Below, piece by piece: positions 9,515 through 18,389 of a DNA stretch of 64,000 bases. Position numbers and translations under genes: made by a program. Source of the stretch: Bacteroidaceae bacterium (GTDB lineage: Bacteria > Bacteroidota > Bacteroidia > Bacteroidales > Bacteroidaceae); assembly GCA_017551925.1 (NCBI GenBank), contig JAFZKA010000115.1, forward strand, positions 20,490-84,489, written 5' to 3'. Position 1 is the stretch's first letter. Each line of letters starts with the position of its first letter. The notes below the pieces were generated by a model. It saw only the letters and a program-made list of their open reading frames with translations, was not told the origin of the DNA and searched no databases.

Positions 9515-10876
9515 TTATTTGCCGATGCAGAAGTGGCTGAAGATGTTGCCTAAGATATCATCGGTGGTGATGTCACCGGTGATTGTTGACAGGTGATGTA
9601 TGCATTGGCGTATGTCCTGACTCAGAAAATCACCTGATATGCGGTCTTGTAGCCCTTGGCGGACACGCTTGATGCACTCCTGCGCCTTTACAAGTGATTC
9701 GTAGTGACGCAGATTGGTCACAATTACATCATGTTGGCTTATCTCAGGAATTGCGGCGGCCTTGACCAGAAGGCTGTTCAACGACTCCATTCCGTATCCG
9801 TATTTGGCTGATATCCATACTTCAGAATCAGAGGGTGTAGTCAACTCTGCCGGATTATCACATTTGTTGTGGACTTTTATCAGATACTTTTCTTCTGCCA
9901 GATTTCTGATTGTGTTCTCTGTTTCAGGGTCAGAGGGGTGGGCCTCATCGGTCATCCATAGTATTATGCTGGCCTCGCGGGCCTTGCGGTATGAGCGCTC
10001 AATGCCCATTGATTCTATTGTATCGGATGTTTGGCGTATTCCTGCGGTGTCAATAAAACGGAACAGTACACCGCCTATGGTGGTTGTGTCCTCAATGCTG
10101 TCACGGGTTGTGCCCTGAATGTCGCTTACCAAAGCGCGGTCATCATGCAGCAGTTGGTTGAGCAGGGTGCTCTTGCCTGTGTTGGTCTCTCCTATGATGG
10201 CCACTGGAACTCCGTTGCGTATGGCATCACCGGTGCTGAATGAGTCAGCGAGGCGCCCTATAATCTGATCTATCTGTTCTGCCAGTTGTTCAAGTTGTGA
10301 GCGGTCGGCAAACTCCACATCCTCCTCACTGAAATCCAACTCAAGTTCAATGAGTGAAGTGAACTGAAGCAACTGGTCACGCAGGTTACGCAGTTCACGG
10401 CTGAATCCGCCCTTCATCTGGTTCATGGCCAGACGGTGTGATGCGGCCGATGTGGATGCAATAAGGTCTGCTACTGCCTCAGCCTGGCTCAGGTCCATTT
10501 TGCCGTCCATGAATGCGCGCTGGGTGAATTCGCCCGGCTCTGCCTGACGGCACCCTGCATTAATAAGCAACTGACAAACCTGCTGGAGTATGTATGTGGA
10601 ACCATGGCATGAAATCTCTGTGCTGTCCTGGCCGGTAAAAGAACGGGGCGCGCGGAATACGCTCACCAGCACATCATCAACAGTATTGCCACAGGCATCA
10701 ACAATCTGTCCGTAACAGAGCGAATAGGGTGCGGCACTTGCAAGCGGATGACGGGATGAGCAGCGGAATATGCTGTCTGTTATGCGGATTGCATCGGGGC
10801 CGCTCACACGTACCACTCCGAGCGCTCCTCCGGCGTGAGTGGCAATTGCACATATTGTATCGTTGAGTTCAGTCAC
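9515..10876 (-). CDS. mnmE: tRNA uridine-5-carboxymethylaminomethyl(34) synthesis GTPase MnmE
   Basis: DTICAIATHAGGALGVVRVSG N-domain, G-domain P-loop IIGETNTGKSTLLN, and the diagnostic C-terminal CIGK. The ORF-track start at 10921 is a TTG that overlaps the upstream gene by 38 nt. An in-frame GTG at 10876 gives MTELNDTICAIAT and removes the overlap. The start is uncertain; the stop is firm. Confidence 0.9.
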   Translation of the reverse strand: MTELNDTICAIATHAGGALGVVRVSGPDAIRITDSIFRCSSRHPLASAAPYSLCYGQIVDACGNTVDDVLVSVFRAPRSFTGQDSTEISCHGSTYILQQVCQLLINAGCRQAEPGEFTQRAFMDGKMDLSQAEAVADLIASTSAASHRLAMNQMKGGFSRELRNLRDQLLQFTSLIELELDFSEEDVEFADRSQLEQLAEQIDQIIGRLADSFSTGDAIRNGVPVAIIGETNTGKSTLLNQLLHDDRALVSDIQGTTRDSIEDTTTIGGVLFRFIDTAGIRQTSDTIESMGIERSYRKAREASIILWMTDEAHPSDPETENTIRNLAEEKYLIKVHNKCDNPAELTTPSDSEVWISAKYGYGMESLNSLLVKAAAIPEISQHDVIVTNLRHYESLVKAQECIKRVRQGLQDRISGDFLSQDIRQCIHHLSTITGDITTDDILGNIFSHFCIGK

Positions 10877-10883
10877 TGCTTGC

Positions 10884-11762
10884 TTAGATGCGGTCAAGTA
10901 CACGGGTAATGAGGCCCTCAAGCAGGGGCTTGTAGTCTGTGTTCATCTCCTTGGCGTAGCGGTTGGCTATTACCATGCAGACTGTCATGGCACGGTGTCC
11001 AAGCAGGGCGGCCATGCCGGCTACGGCTGAACTCTCCATCTCATAGTTGGTTATGCGGTAGCCTTTGTAGTCAAAACTCTCTACCTTGGCATTCTGGTTG
11101 GGATCAGCCAGAGGGGCACGCAGCACTCGTCCCTGCGGGCCGTAGAATCCGTTGCAGGCTATTGTTACGCCGGCAACCATCTTGTCATCACCGGCCATAA
11201 TGCGCTGCAGGAGTTCGGGGTTGGCATTTGCCACATATGGCGCACCGCGTTTGGTTGACCACTCCATGTGGGCTATGAAGGCGCGTTCAAACTCCAGGTC
11301 ACATACCTCATCACGGCCTGCGTAAAAGTTGAGCAGCCCGTCAAAACCTATGCTCTTTACTGAGCAGAGATAGGTGCCAAGAGGCGTGAAAGGCTGCAGT
11401 CCGCCGCAAGTGCCTATGCGTACTATATCAAGTGTGCGGTGTACGGGTTTCTCAGTGCGGGTGGCATAGTCAATGTTGGCCAGAGTGTCCAACTCATTCA
11501 TCACTATGTCAATGTTGTCACAGCCTATGCCGGTAGATTGTACGGTGATGCGTTTGCCTTTATATGTACCTGTTGCTGTGCGGAACTCGCGGTTGCTGAC
11601 TGTGCACTCAACACTGTCAAACATTGCTGCAATGGTATCAACACGGCCGGGGTCACCTACCAGAATAACCTTGTCAGCCAACTGCTCTGGCTTGAGATGC
11701 AGGTGGAAACATGATCCGTCACTGTTTATGATAAGTTCCGATGGGGCAAAATAGGTACTCAT
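10884..11762 (-). CDS. Nucleoside phosphorylase (PNP/UDP family)
   Basis: ATG start. VILVGDPGRV, TVQSTGIGCDNIDIVMNEL, RIGTCGGL and EMESSAVAGMAALLG motifs. Confidence 0.8.
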   Translation of the reverse strand: MSTYFAPSELIINSDGSCFHLHLKPEQLADKVILVGDPGRVDTIAAMFDSVECTVSNREFRTATGTYKGKRITVQSTGIGCDNIDIVMNELDTLANIDYATRTEKPVHRTLDIVRIGTCGGLQPFTPLGTYLCSVKSIGFDGLLNFYAGRDEVCDLEFERAFIAHMEWSTKRGAPYVANANPELLQRIMAGDDKMVAGVTIACNGFYGPQGRVLRAPLADPNQNAKVESFDYKGYRITNYEMESSAVAGMAALLGHRAMTVCMVIANRYAKEMNTDYKPLLEGLITRVLDRI

Positions 11763-11765
11763 ATC

Positions 11766-13208
11766 TTATCGGGTTAGGTAGTTTATTTCAGCAGTACGGA
11801 CATCATTCTCCATTTTTGACACCTGGTTTTCCGCTTTCAGAACCTTGTCTTCATATTCAAGCAGTTGGGCGCGCATTTTCTCTTTCTCCTGCTTGGAGGC
11901 TGCACTGAAATCATCGCGCTGTTTCTCCAGTTTGGCGGCATCGGTCTCATACTGATGTCTCAGTTCTCTGTAACGTTCATACAACTGGGCAGCATCCTTG
12001 TTCTGGAAATCAGACAGTTCATGATATGTGGTAAAATCATCAATCATGAATGTGAATGAACCCTGTTCCGCCTTCTCCGCAAGTTCATACCGAAGCAGGG
12101 TGAGGCGCTGGCGGGCGGCGCGTACGGCATTCAGGTCAGCCTGTGTCTCACTGATTGATACCAGTCTGGCGGCCCTATGAATGGCCAGGGTGTCACCGCC
12201 CTCATAGTTGTATTTCTGTCGGCCCTCTGTGGGTATGAACACATATACGCATACACTGTCCGGAGACTGATTGCGGTCTGTTGCAAACCAGCCCAGGTTG
12301 TTGGTCTCATCAATTACGTACAGGTAATCATTGGCCTCTGAGTTGAACGGCATGCCAATGTTTTCAGGCTTGAGATATTTTCCGGTAGCGCTGTTGTAGC
12401 GCGATACGAATATGTCAAGACCTCCTAATGACTCGCTGCCGGTTGCGGCATAGTAGATTGTTACGCCGTCATTCAGAATAAAGGGGTATCTCAAGTCACC
12501 GTCAGTGTCAAGGCCTCCCAATACGGTTTCATCGGTCCAGCGGTCAAAACTGCGGTACTGGGTGTAAAGGTGAAAACGGCCGTCATTGCCGGGTTTGCTG
12601 TAATATAAGGTCTGTCCCATCTCAGGCAGGAAAGCCTCACCCCGGTCTATATCCTCAAAAAAGTCTGATGTATTTGATATTGAGCCGGTTGACTCTCCCA
12701 GAATATATGAGCCAATCAACTCATCCTTGGCAACCTTGAAACTGTCTATAAAACAGACGCGGCTGGTGTTGCGGACCATGCGGAATACCATCTTTAGGCT
12801 GTCTGCCATGGTCGTGAAACGCGCTTCAAGAGCGGGGTCATGCAGTTCCTTGTCAGTTGAAATGCCGCTTACGAATGCTTCAAAATAGGTTATTGCTGAC
12901 TGATAGTCCTCTTTTTCAAGATAATACTCACCCAGCACACGGTTTGCCTTGAATATCTTTTTATCGGCGGCTTTCTTGAGGTAGGGGATTGCCTTTTCAC
13001 GTTCTCCGGTCTCCATGCAGCAGACTCCGTACCAGTAGTTGCGGCTGGCGTCATCGGGCTTTTGCTTAAGGAACTTGAGCATTATGGGCTTGGCCTTTTC
13101 ATAGTTGCCCTGTGAAAAATAGGTGCGGCCCTGCTGCAGGGTCTGTGCCGATAAGCCCGTGCAGACCAGCAGCAATATCATTGTAAGTCTTATTGTCAAA
13201 TTTTTCAT
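11766..13208 (-). CDS. Exported TPR-repeat / TolB-like beta-propeller (PD40) protein with C-terminal coiled coil
   Basis: The ATG at 13208 gives signal peptide MKNLTIRLTMILLLVCTGLSAQ (the ORF-track start at 13226 is TTG). TPR-like repeats (GNYEKAKPIMLKFLKQKPDD.., YWYGVCCMETGEREKAIPYLKKA). PD40-like segments (GVTIYYAATGSESLGGLDIFVS). Charged coiled-coil tail. Confidence 0.6.
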   Translation of the reverse strand: MKNLTIRLTMILLLVCTGLSAQTLQQGRTYFSQGNYEKAKPIMLKFLKQKPDDASRNYWYGVCCMETGEREKAIPYLKKAADKKIFKANRVLGEYYLEKEDYQSAITYFEAFVSGISTDKELHDPALEARFTTMADSLKMVFRMVRNTSRVCFIDSFKVAKDELIGSYILGESTGSISNTSDFFEDIDRGEAFLPEMGQTLYYSKPGNDGRFHLYTQYRSFDRWTDETVLGGLDTDGDLRYPFILNDGVTIYYAATGSESLGGLDIFVSRYNSATGKYLKPENIGMPFNSEANDYLYVIDETNNLGWFATDRNQSPDSVCVYVFIPTEGRQKYNYEGGDTLAIHRAARLVSISETQADLNAVRAARQRLTLLRYELAEKAEQGSFTFMIDDFTTYHELSDFQNKDAAQLYERYRELRHQYETDAAKLEKQRDDFSAASKQEKEKMRAQLLEYEDKVLKAENQVSKMENDVRTAEINYLTR

Positions 13209-13273
13209 AGTGCCAAAGTTATACAATTTTTTTATTTGCTACTTTTGCGGCCGATAACAAAATACTGTTGAAT

Positions 13274-13642
13274 ATGAAAGGTCTTTGGACAATACTGCTT
13301 CTGGTGATTTCAAACATTCTGATGACATTTGCGTGGTACGGAAACCTTAAACTCCAGGAGATGAAAGTGAGCACGGACTGGCCGCTTATCCTTGTGATTC
13401 TGGCCTCTTGGGGACTGGCTTTCTTTGAGTATTGCGTAATGATTCCGGCCAACCGAATCGGGTCCGATATTACCGGAGGGCCGTTCAATCTGGTTCAACT
13501 CAAGGTCATACAGGAGTGCATATCGCTCATAGTGTTCTCGCTCATTCTGGCGTTCTGCTTCAAAACGCAGTCGCTGCACTGGAACCACCTGGTTTCCTTC
13601 ATATTCCTGGTCATCGCCGTATTCTTTGCTTTCTTGAAGTGA
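13274..13642 (+). CDS. DMT-superfamily small membrane protein (DUF486-like)
   Basis: The ATG at 13274 (the ORF-track start at 13268 is TTG) gives MKGLWTILLLVISNILMTFAWYGNLK. Four predicted TM helices in ~120 aa. Confidence 0.75.
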   Translation: MKGLWTILLLVISNILMTFAWYGNLKLQEMKVSTDWPLILVILASWGLAFFEYCVMIPANRIGSDITGGPFNLVQLKVIQECISLIVFSLILAFCFKTQSLHWNHLVSFIFLVIAVFFAFLK

Positions 13643-13650
13643 TTTTTGTC

Positions 13651-13845
13651 GCTGGAGCATAAGGTGGTCGGGAGTTGATTGCTCCGGGCTACTCCGAACC
13701 CTTCCGATACCTAAACATCGATCGCCTCCCTTTTAATCCCCTTCGGGGCTTAACGGTCGTTGAACGCAGCGATGTTTTTAACGGCATCTCCAGGGCTCTC
13801 CGTTTACGCCCTACACAAGAACTCCCGACCACCTTATACTCCAGC
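13651..13845 (+). ncRNA. Structured GC-rich element, copy 1 (candidate 3'-UTR RNA / sRNA of unknown family)
   Basis: 13651..13676 pairs with 13820..13845 (25 of 26 bp). The 143-nt interior holds the ccccttcgggg hairpin and blocks shared with 31060..31254. It lies 8 nt after the DMT stop and upstream of a separate terminator. Strand is inferred from that context only. Confidence 0.4.
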
Positions 13846-13857
13846 TCTAGAATACAA

Positions 13858-13923
13858 TCGCACCTGCGTAAATAAAAATCCAGTCAATTGCTTGGCTGGA
13901 TTTTTTATCCCACGCAGGTGCGA
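13858..13923. terminator. Nested bidirectional terminator between convergent genes
   Basis: Outer 12-bp stem tcgcacctgcgt/acgcaggtgcga (13858..13869 / 13912..13923). It encloses the inner hairpin aaaaatccag..ctggattttt (13874..13905), which has A- and T-runs on both sides. Confidence 0.7.
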
Positions 13924-13939
13924 TGGATTTAATTCTTAA

Positions 13940-16285
13940 TTATTTAGAGAGTTCAGCGTGCATGGAGGCAGCGGCGCGGCGGCCGTCACCCATGGCCAGG
14001 ATTACGGTAGCACCTCCGCGGACAATGTCACCACCTGCAAAGATTGTGGGTATTGATGACTGCATGTTGTCGTTTACGGCGATGGTGTTCTTGCGGCCCA
14101 GCTCCAAGCCTTCGATTGACTTGGGTACAATCGGGTTGGGGGATACACCTACTGCTACGATTACCATATCAACATCAATTGTGATGGTCTCACCTGTGGG
14201 AACCGGGCTACGGCGTCCGCTTGCATCGGGCTCGCCAAGCTCCATCTTTTCAAGTACAGCCTGCTTTACGCGACCGTTCTCATCACCTATATAGCGGATG
14301 GGGTTGTGCAGAGTCATGAACTCAACACCCTCCTCCTTGGCGTGCTTGACCTCCTCAAGGCGGGCAGGCATCTCCTCCTCACTGCGGCGGTAAACAATCA
14401 TGGCGCGCTCGGCACCCAGACGCAGTGCGGTGCGGACAGAGTCCATAGCGGTGTTACCGCCACCTACTATCATCATCTTCTTACCGAAGGTTACGGGGGT
14501 ATCGGACTCCTTGCTTGCGGCATCCATCAGGTTGACGCGGGTCAGATACTCGTTTGATGACATTATATTGATAAGGTTCTCACCCTCAATGTTCATGAAG
14601 TTGGGCAGACCGGCACCTGAGCCTACGAATATGCCCTTGTAGCCCTCAGCCTCAAGTTCGCTGACCTTAACGGTCTTGCCTATGATGCAGTCCTTAACGA
14701 ACTTGACACCCATCTTCTGCAGGTTCTCAATCTCAACGTCAACAATCTTGTTGGGCAGACGGAACTCAGGAATACCATACTTCAATACACCGCCAATCTC
14801 ATGCAGGGCCTCGAATACGGTTACGTCATAACCGAACTTAGCCATATCACCGGCGAATGACAGTCCTGAAGGACCAGAACCGATGACAGCGATCTTCTTG
14901 CCGTTAGGTGCTGCAACCTCAGGTACTGATATGTTGCCGCTCTCGCGCTCGTAATCAGCAGCAAAGCGCTCCAGATAACCGATGGCAACCGGCTTCTTGC
15001 CCATCTTAAGATGGATACACTTGCTCTCGCACTGCTTCTCCTGCGGGCAAACACGGCCGCATACGGCGGGCAGGGCGCTGGTGTGCTTGAGCACCTTGGC
15101 AGCAGCCAGATAGTTGCCGCGCTCAATATTTTTGATGAATGAAGGAATCTCAATGTTTACGGGGCAGCCCTCCATGCAAGAGGGATTTGCGCAGTCAAGG
15201 CAGCGCTTGGCCTCCAGAAGAGCCTGCTCCTCAGTAAGACCCTGGTTAACCTCCTCCTTGCGGCTGTGACGACGGTAGTCAGGTGCCAACTCGTTCATTA
15301 CGCAGCGCTCAATGGCGGTGCGGTCCTTGGGTTTCATGGTGGCACGCAGGTCAACTCTCCACTGTGCGTTACGGTCGGTCAGAACCTCAATGGGCTCAAC
15401 CTCAGCCTTGGCCTTGCTTCCGCAGCAGCACTCAGCCTTTTCAGCAGCAGGAGCGGCAGCGGCAACTGACTCCTCAAGTTTCTTCATCTCCTCGCGCTCG
15501 GTCTCCTTGAAGGCGCCCATACGCTTCATCATACCGTCCCAGTCAACCTCATGACCGTCAAACTCAGGACCGTCCACACATACAAACTTGGTTTTGCCGC
15601 CTACGCTTACACGGCAGGCACCGCACATACCGGTACCGTCAACCATGATGGTGTTGAGTGAAACATCGGTAGAGATATTATATTTCTGAGTAAGCAGGCA
15701 GCAGAACTTCATCATGATGGCGGGGCCGATGGCGAAGCACTTGTCAACCTTCTCTCTCTGGATAACCTGTTCCATACCTACGGTTACAACGCCCTTGTTG
15801 CCGTATGAACCGTCATCGGTCATTATGATGGTCTCATCGGCATACTTGCGTACCTCATCCTCAAGAATGATAAGTTCCTTGGTGCGGCCTGCAAGAACTG
15901 CTATGACCTTGTTGCCGGCCTCTTTCAAAGCCTTGATGATGGGGAGCATGGGGGCAGTACCTACACCGCCGCCGGCGCACAGTACTGTACCGAAATTTTC
16001 AATATGGGTGGCCTGGCCCAGAGGACCTACTACGTCAGTGATCATATCACCTGCCTCAAGTTTGCAGAGACGGTTGGTTGAAAGACCGATGCGCTGTACA
16101 ACCAAGGTGATGGTGCCGCGCTTGACATCGGAATCAGCGATTGTAAGCGGAATACGCTCACCTTTCTCTCCAATGCGGATGATTACAAAGTGACCGGCCC
16201 TGCGTGATTTTGCTATAAGCGGAGCCTCGACTTCAAACTTGAATACGTTCTCTGAAAACTGTTGTTTGGATACAATCCTGTTCAT
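13940..16285 (-). CDS. Fused PyrK-like (FAD/NAD, 2Fe-2S) + GltD/NfnB-like NADPH-dependent oxidoreductase (annotated in Bacteroides as bifunctional DHOD-B NAD-binding subunit / glutamate synthase small chain)
   Basis: ATG at 16285 (MNRIVSKQQFSENVFKFEV; the ORF-track start at 16336 is TTG). N-half: GHFVIIRIGEKGERIPLTIAD, CGACRV. C-half: Cys clusters CLDCANPSCMEGCPV and CPQEKQCESKC, GSGPSGLSFAGDMAKFGY, IFAGGDIVRGGATVILAMGDGR. Confidence 0.85.
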   Translation of the reverse strand: MNRIVSKQQFSENVFKFEVEAPLIAKSRRAGHFVIIRIGEKGERIPLTIADSDVKRGTITLVVQRIGLSTNRLCKLEAGDMITDVVGPLGQATHIENFGTVLCAGGGVGTAPMLPIIKALKEAGNKVIAVLAGRTKELIILEDEVRKYADETIIMTDDGSYGNKGVVTVGMEQVIQREKVDKCFAIGPAIMMKFCCLLTQKYNISTDVSLNTIMVDGTGMCGACRVSVGGKTKFVCVDGPEFDGHEVDWDGMMKRMGAFKETEREEMKKLEESVAAAAPAAEKAECCCGSKAKAEVEPIEVLTDRNAQWRVDLRATMKPKDRTAIERCVMNELAPDYRRHSRKEEVNQGLTEEQALLEAKRCLDCANPSCMEGCPVNIEIPSFIKNIERGNYLAAAKVLKHTSALPAVCGRVCPQEKQCESKCIHLKMGKKPVAIGYLERFAADYERESGNISVPEVAAPNGKKIAVIGSGPSGLSFAGDMAKFGYDVTVFEALHEIGGVLKYGIPEFRLPNKIVDVEIENLQKMGVKFVKDCIIGKTVKVSELEAEGYKGIFVGSGAGLPNFMNIEGENLINIMSSNEYLTRVNLMDAASKESDTPVTFGKKMMIVGGGNTAMDSVRTALRLGAERAMIVYRRSEEEMPARLEEVKHAKEEGVEFMTLHNPIRYIGDENGRVKQAVLEKMELGEPDASGRRSPVPTGETITIDVDMVIVAVGVSPNPIVPKSIEGLELGRKNTIAVNDNMQSSIPTIFAGGDIVRGGATVILAMGDGRRAAASMHAELSK

Positions 16286-16445
16286 ATTATTGATTATTTC
16301 TCGTCTATTCGATTTTTTGTCGCGCAAAGTTACCAATTAATGTTTTTTGTGATTATATTTGTGTAACCTAATTTTGAACAGGGACTATAATTTTGCATTT
16401 ATTTGCAAAAATACCGTATAACAAATAAGAACATATACAAAACAA

Positions 16446-18383
16446 ATGAGTTATCTGCGTTTTGAAAAGACCCTAATGACCAACTTGGAGGAGACTCTCC
16501 CTAGAGAGATACTGCGGACCAACCGTTCCGGTGCATATCACTGTACCACAATCGTTGACTGCAACACCCGCAAGTATCACGGTCTGCTTGTGGTGCCGCT
16601 GCCGGAGTTGGATGATGAGAACCATGTGCTGCTCTCTTCATTGGATGAAACGGTTATACAGCACGGCGCTGCATTCAACCTTGGTCTTCATCAATATTGG
16701 GGATACAATTTCAGTCCTAAGGGGCACAAGTATATCAGGGAATTCAACTGTGACAAGGTTCCTACAACCATATACCGTGTGGGTGGCGTGCTGCTCAAAA
16801 AGGAGAAACTGTTTGAGCATAATGAAAACCGCATACTTATACGGTACACCTTGCTTGACGCCCATTCTGAGACTACTCTGCGTTTCCAGCCGTTCCTGGC
16901 ATTCCGCAGCGTGCGTCAGTTTACGCATGAGAACAGCAATGCCAGCCGTGAATACCAGATGGTTGAAAACGGCATAAAGACCTCAATGTATCCCGGTTAC
17001 CCTGAACTCTACATGCAGTTCAGCAAGGAGAATGAATTCGTGTTCCGCCCTGACTGGTACCGCAAGTTCGAGTATTCCAAGGAGTTGGAGCGCGGATATG
17101 AGTTTAATGAGGATCTCTATGTTCCCGGATATTTTGAGATGCCCATTAAGAAAGGAGAGAGCATAGTATTCTCTGCCGGCCTGTCAGAGGTCAAGACCAA
17201 GGGACTCAAGCGTACGTTTACCGTTGAGGCCAATGAACGTACCCCGCGTGACAATTTCTATCACTGCCTCAAGAACGCCGCCCACCAGTTCCACAACAAG
17301 GTCGGGGGTCATCATTATATCCTGGCCGGTTATCCGTGGTTCAAGTGCCGTGCGCGTGACATGTTCATCTCGCTGCCCGGACTGACCCTTTCAATCAGGG
17401 AGACAGGTGAATTTGAGAGCGTAATGAATACCGCACAGGAGGCCATACATGCCTTTATCAAGGGCGTGCCCAGTTCTCTCCAGATACATGAGATGGAGCA
17501 TCCCGATGTGTTCCTGTGGGCTGTATGGTGTATCCAGCAGTATGCCAAGAAGGTTTCAAGGGAGCAGGCTTGGACCAGATACGGAAAGTTGCTTATGGAT
17601 ATGATGGATTTCCTGCGTCATAACCGCCATTACAACTTCTTTTTGCACAGCAACGGCCTGGTTCACATAAACGGCAAGGAGAAAGCCGAGACCTGGATGA
17701 ACTCCACAGCCAACGGTGTTCCTGTAATTCCGCGCACAGGCTATGTGGTTGAGATTAACGCTCTCTGGTACAATGCCCTGATGTTTGTGGCAGACCTGAC
17801 AAAGGAGTTCGGCAAGGCTGACTACTCCAAACGTATGGAGGCTCTTGCCGTTCAGGTGGGCAAGTCATTCGTCAAGACATTCGTGAACCAGTACGGTTAC
17901 CTGTATGACTTTGTTGACAAGGATGCTCCTGACTGGAGCGTGCGTCCAAACCAGATATTCGCTGTGGCACTTGATTACTCTCCGCTTGATCTCAAGCAGC
18001 AGAAAGCGGTGGTGGATATTGTGACCAAGGAGTTGCTCACTCCCAAGGGCTTGCGTTCTTTAAGCCCCAAGAGCATGGGTTACAACCCCAACTATGTGGG
18101 TCCGCAGCGTGAACGTGATTACGCCTACCATCAGGGAACAGCATGGCCCTGGCTGGCCGGATTCTACTTTGAGGCATACCTCAAGGTGTTCAAGCACAGC
18201 GGTCTCTCATTTGTGGAGCGCCAGATGATAGGCTATGAGGATGAGATGACATCGCACTGCATAGGCTCGCTGCCTGAACTGTTTGACGGCAATCCGCCGT
18301 TCAAGGGCAGGGGAGCCGTGTCATTCGCAATGAACGTGGCGGAGATTTTGAGAACTATTAAGATGATTAACGAATTTGAGTAA
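16446..18383 (+). CDS. Glycogen debranching enzyme family protein (GDE N-domain + amylo-alpha-1,6-glucosidase)
   Basis: GYPWFKCRARDMFISLPGL, EINALWYNAL, RPNQIFAVAL and YHQGTAWPWL motifs. First gene of a three-gene glycogen cluster. Confidence 0.85.
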   Translation: MSYLRFEKTLMTNLEETLPREILRTNRSGAYHCTTIVDCNTRKYHGLLVVPLPELDDENHVLLSSLDETVIQHGAAFNLGLHQYWGYNFSPKGHKYIREFNCDKVPTTIYRVGGVLLKKEKLFEHNENRILIRYTLLDAHSETTLRFQPFLAFRSVRQFTHENSNASREYQMVENGIKTSMYPGYPELYMQFSKENEFVFRPDWYRKFEYSKELERGYEFNEDLYVPGYFEMPIKKGESIVFSAGLSEVKTKGLKRTFTVEANERTPRDNFYHCLKNAAHQFHNKVGGHHYILAGYPWFKCRARDMFISLPGLTLSIRETGEFESVMNTAQEAIHAFIKGVPSSLQIHEMEHPDVFLWAVWCIQQYAKKVSREQAWTRYGKLLMDMMDFLRHNRHYNFFLHSNGLVHINGKEKAETWMNSTANGVPVIPRTGYVVEINALWYNALMFVADLTKEFGKADYSKRMEALAVQVGKSFVKTFVNQYGYLYDFVDKDAPDWSVRPNQIFAVALDYSPLDLKQQKAVVDIVTKELLTPKGLRSLSPKSMGYNPNYVGPQRERDYAYHQGTAWPWLAGFYFEAYLKVFKHSGLSFVERQMIGYEDEMTSHCIGSLPELFDGNPPFKGRGAVSFAMNVAEILRTIKMINEFE

Positions 18384-18389
18384 GAATAT

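Noticed and set aside
13651-13845. Interpreting the three stem-closed elements as integron attC sites, because each sits just after a stop codon and has variable sequence with conserved structure.
   Set aside because: The ends do not match the RYYYAAC / GTTRRRY core sites. The upstream genes (a DMT protein and panD) are core genes, and no integron integrase is present.
13675-13875. A 66-aa plus-strand ORF spanning structured element copy 1. Similar ORFs (31033..31293, 31074..31391, 31139..31324) span copy 3.
   Set aside because: The ORFs run through long perfect inverted repeats, occur in several frames and on both strands over the same DNA, and lack conserved protein-like features. The conserved blocks are better explained at the nucleotide or structure level.
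14306-16193. Several 67-159-aa plus-strand ORFs opposite the fused PyrK/GltD-like gene.
   Set aside because: They are typical antisense ORFs of a GC-rich, strongly conserved coding region. Their composition is Ala/Ser/Pro/Arg-rich and they contain no motifs.
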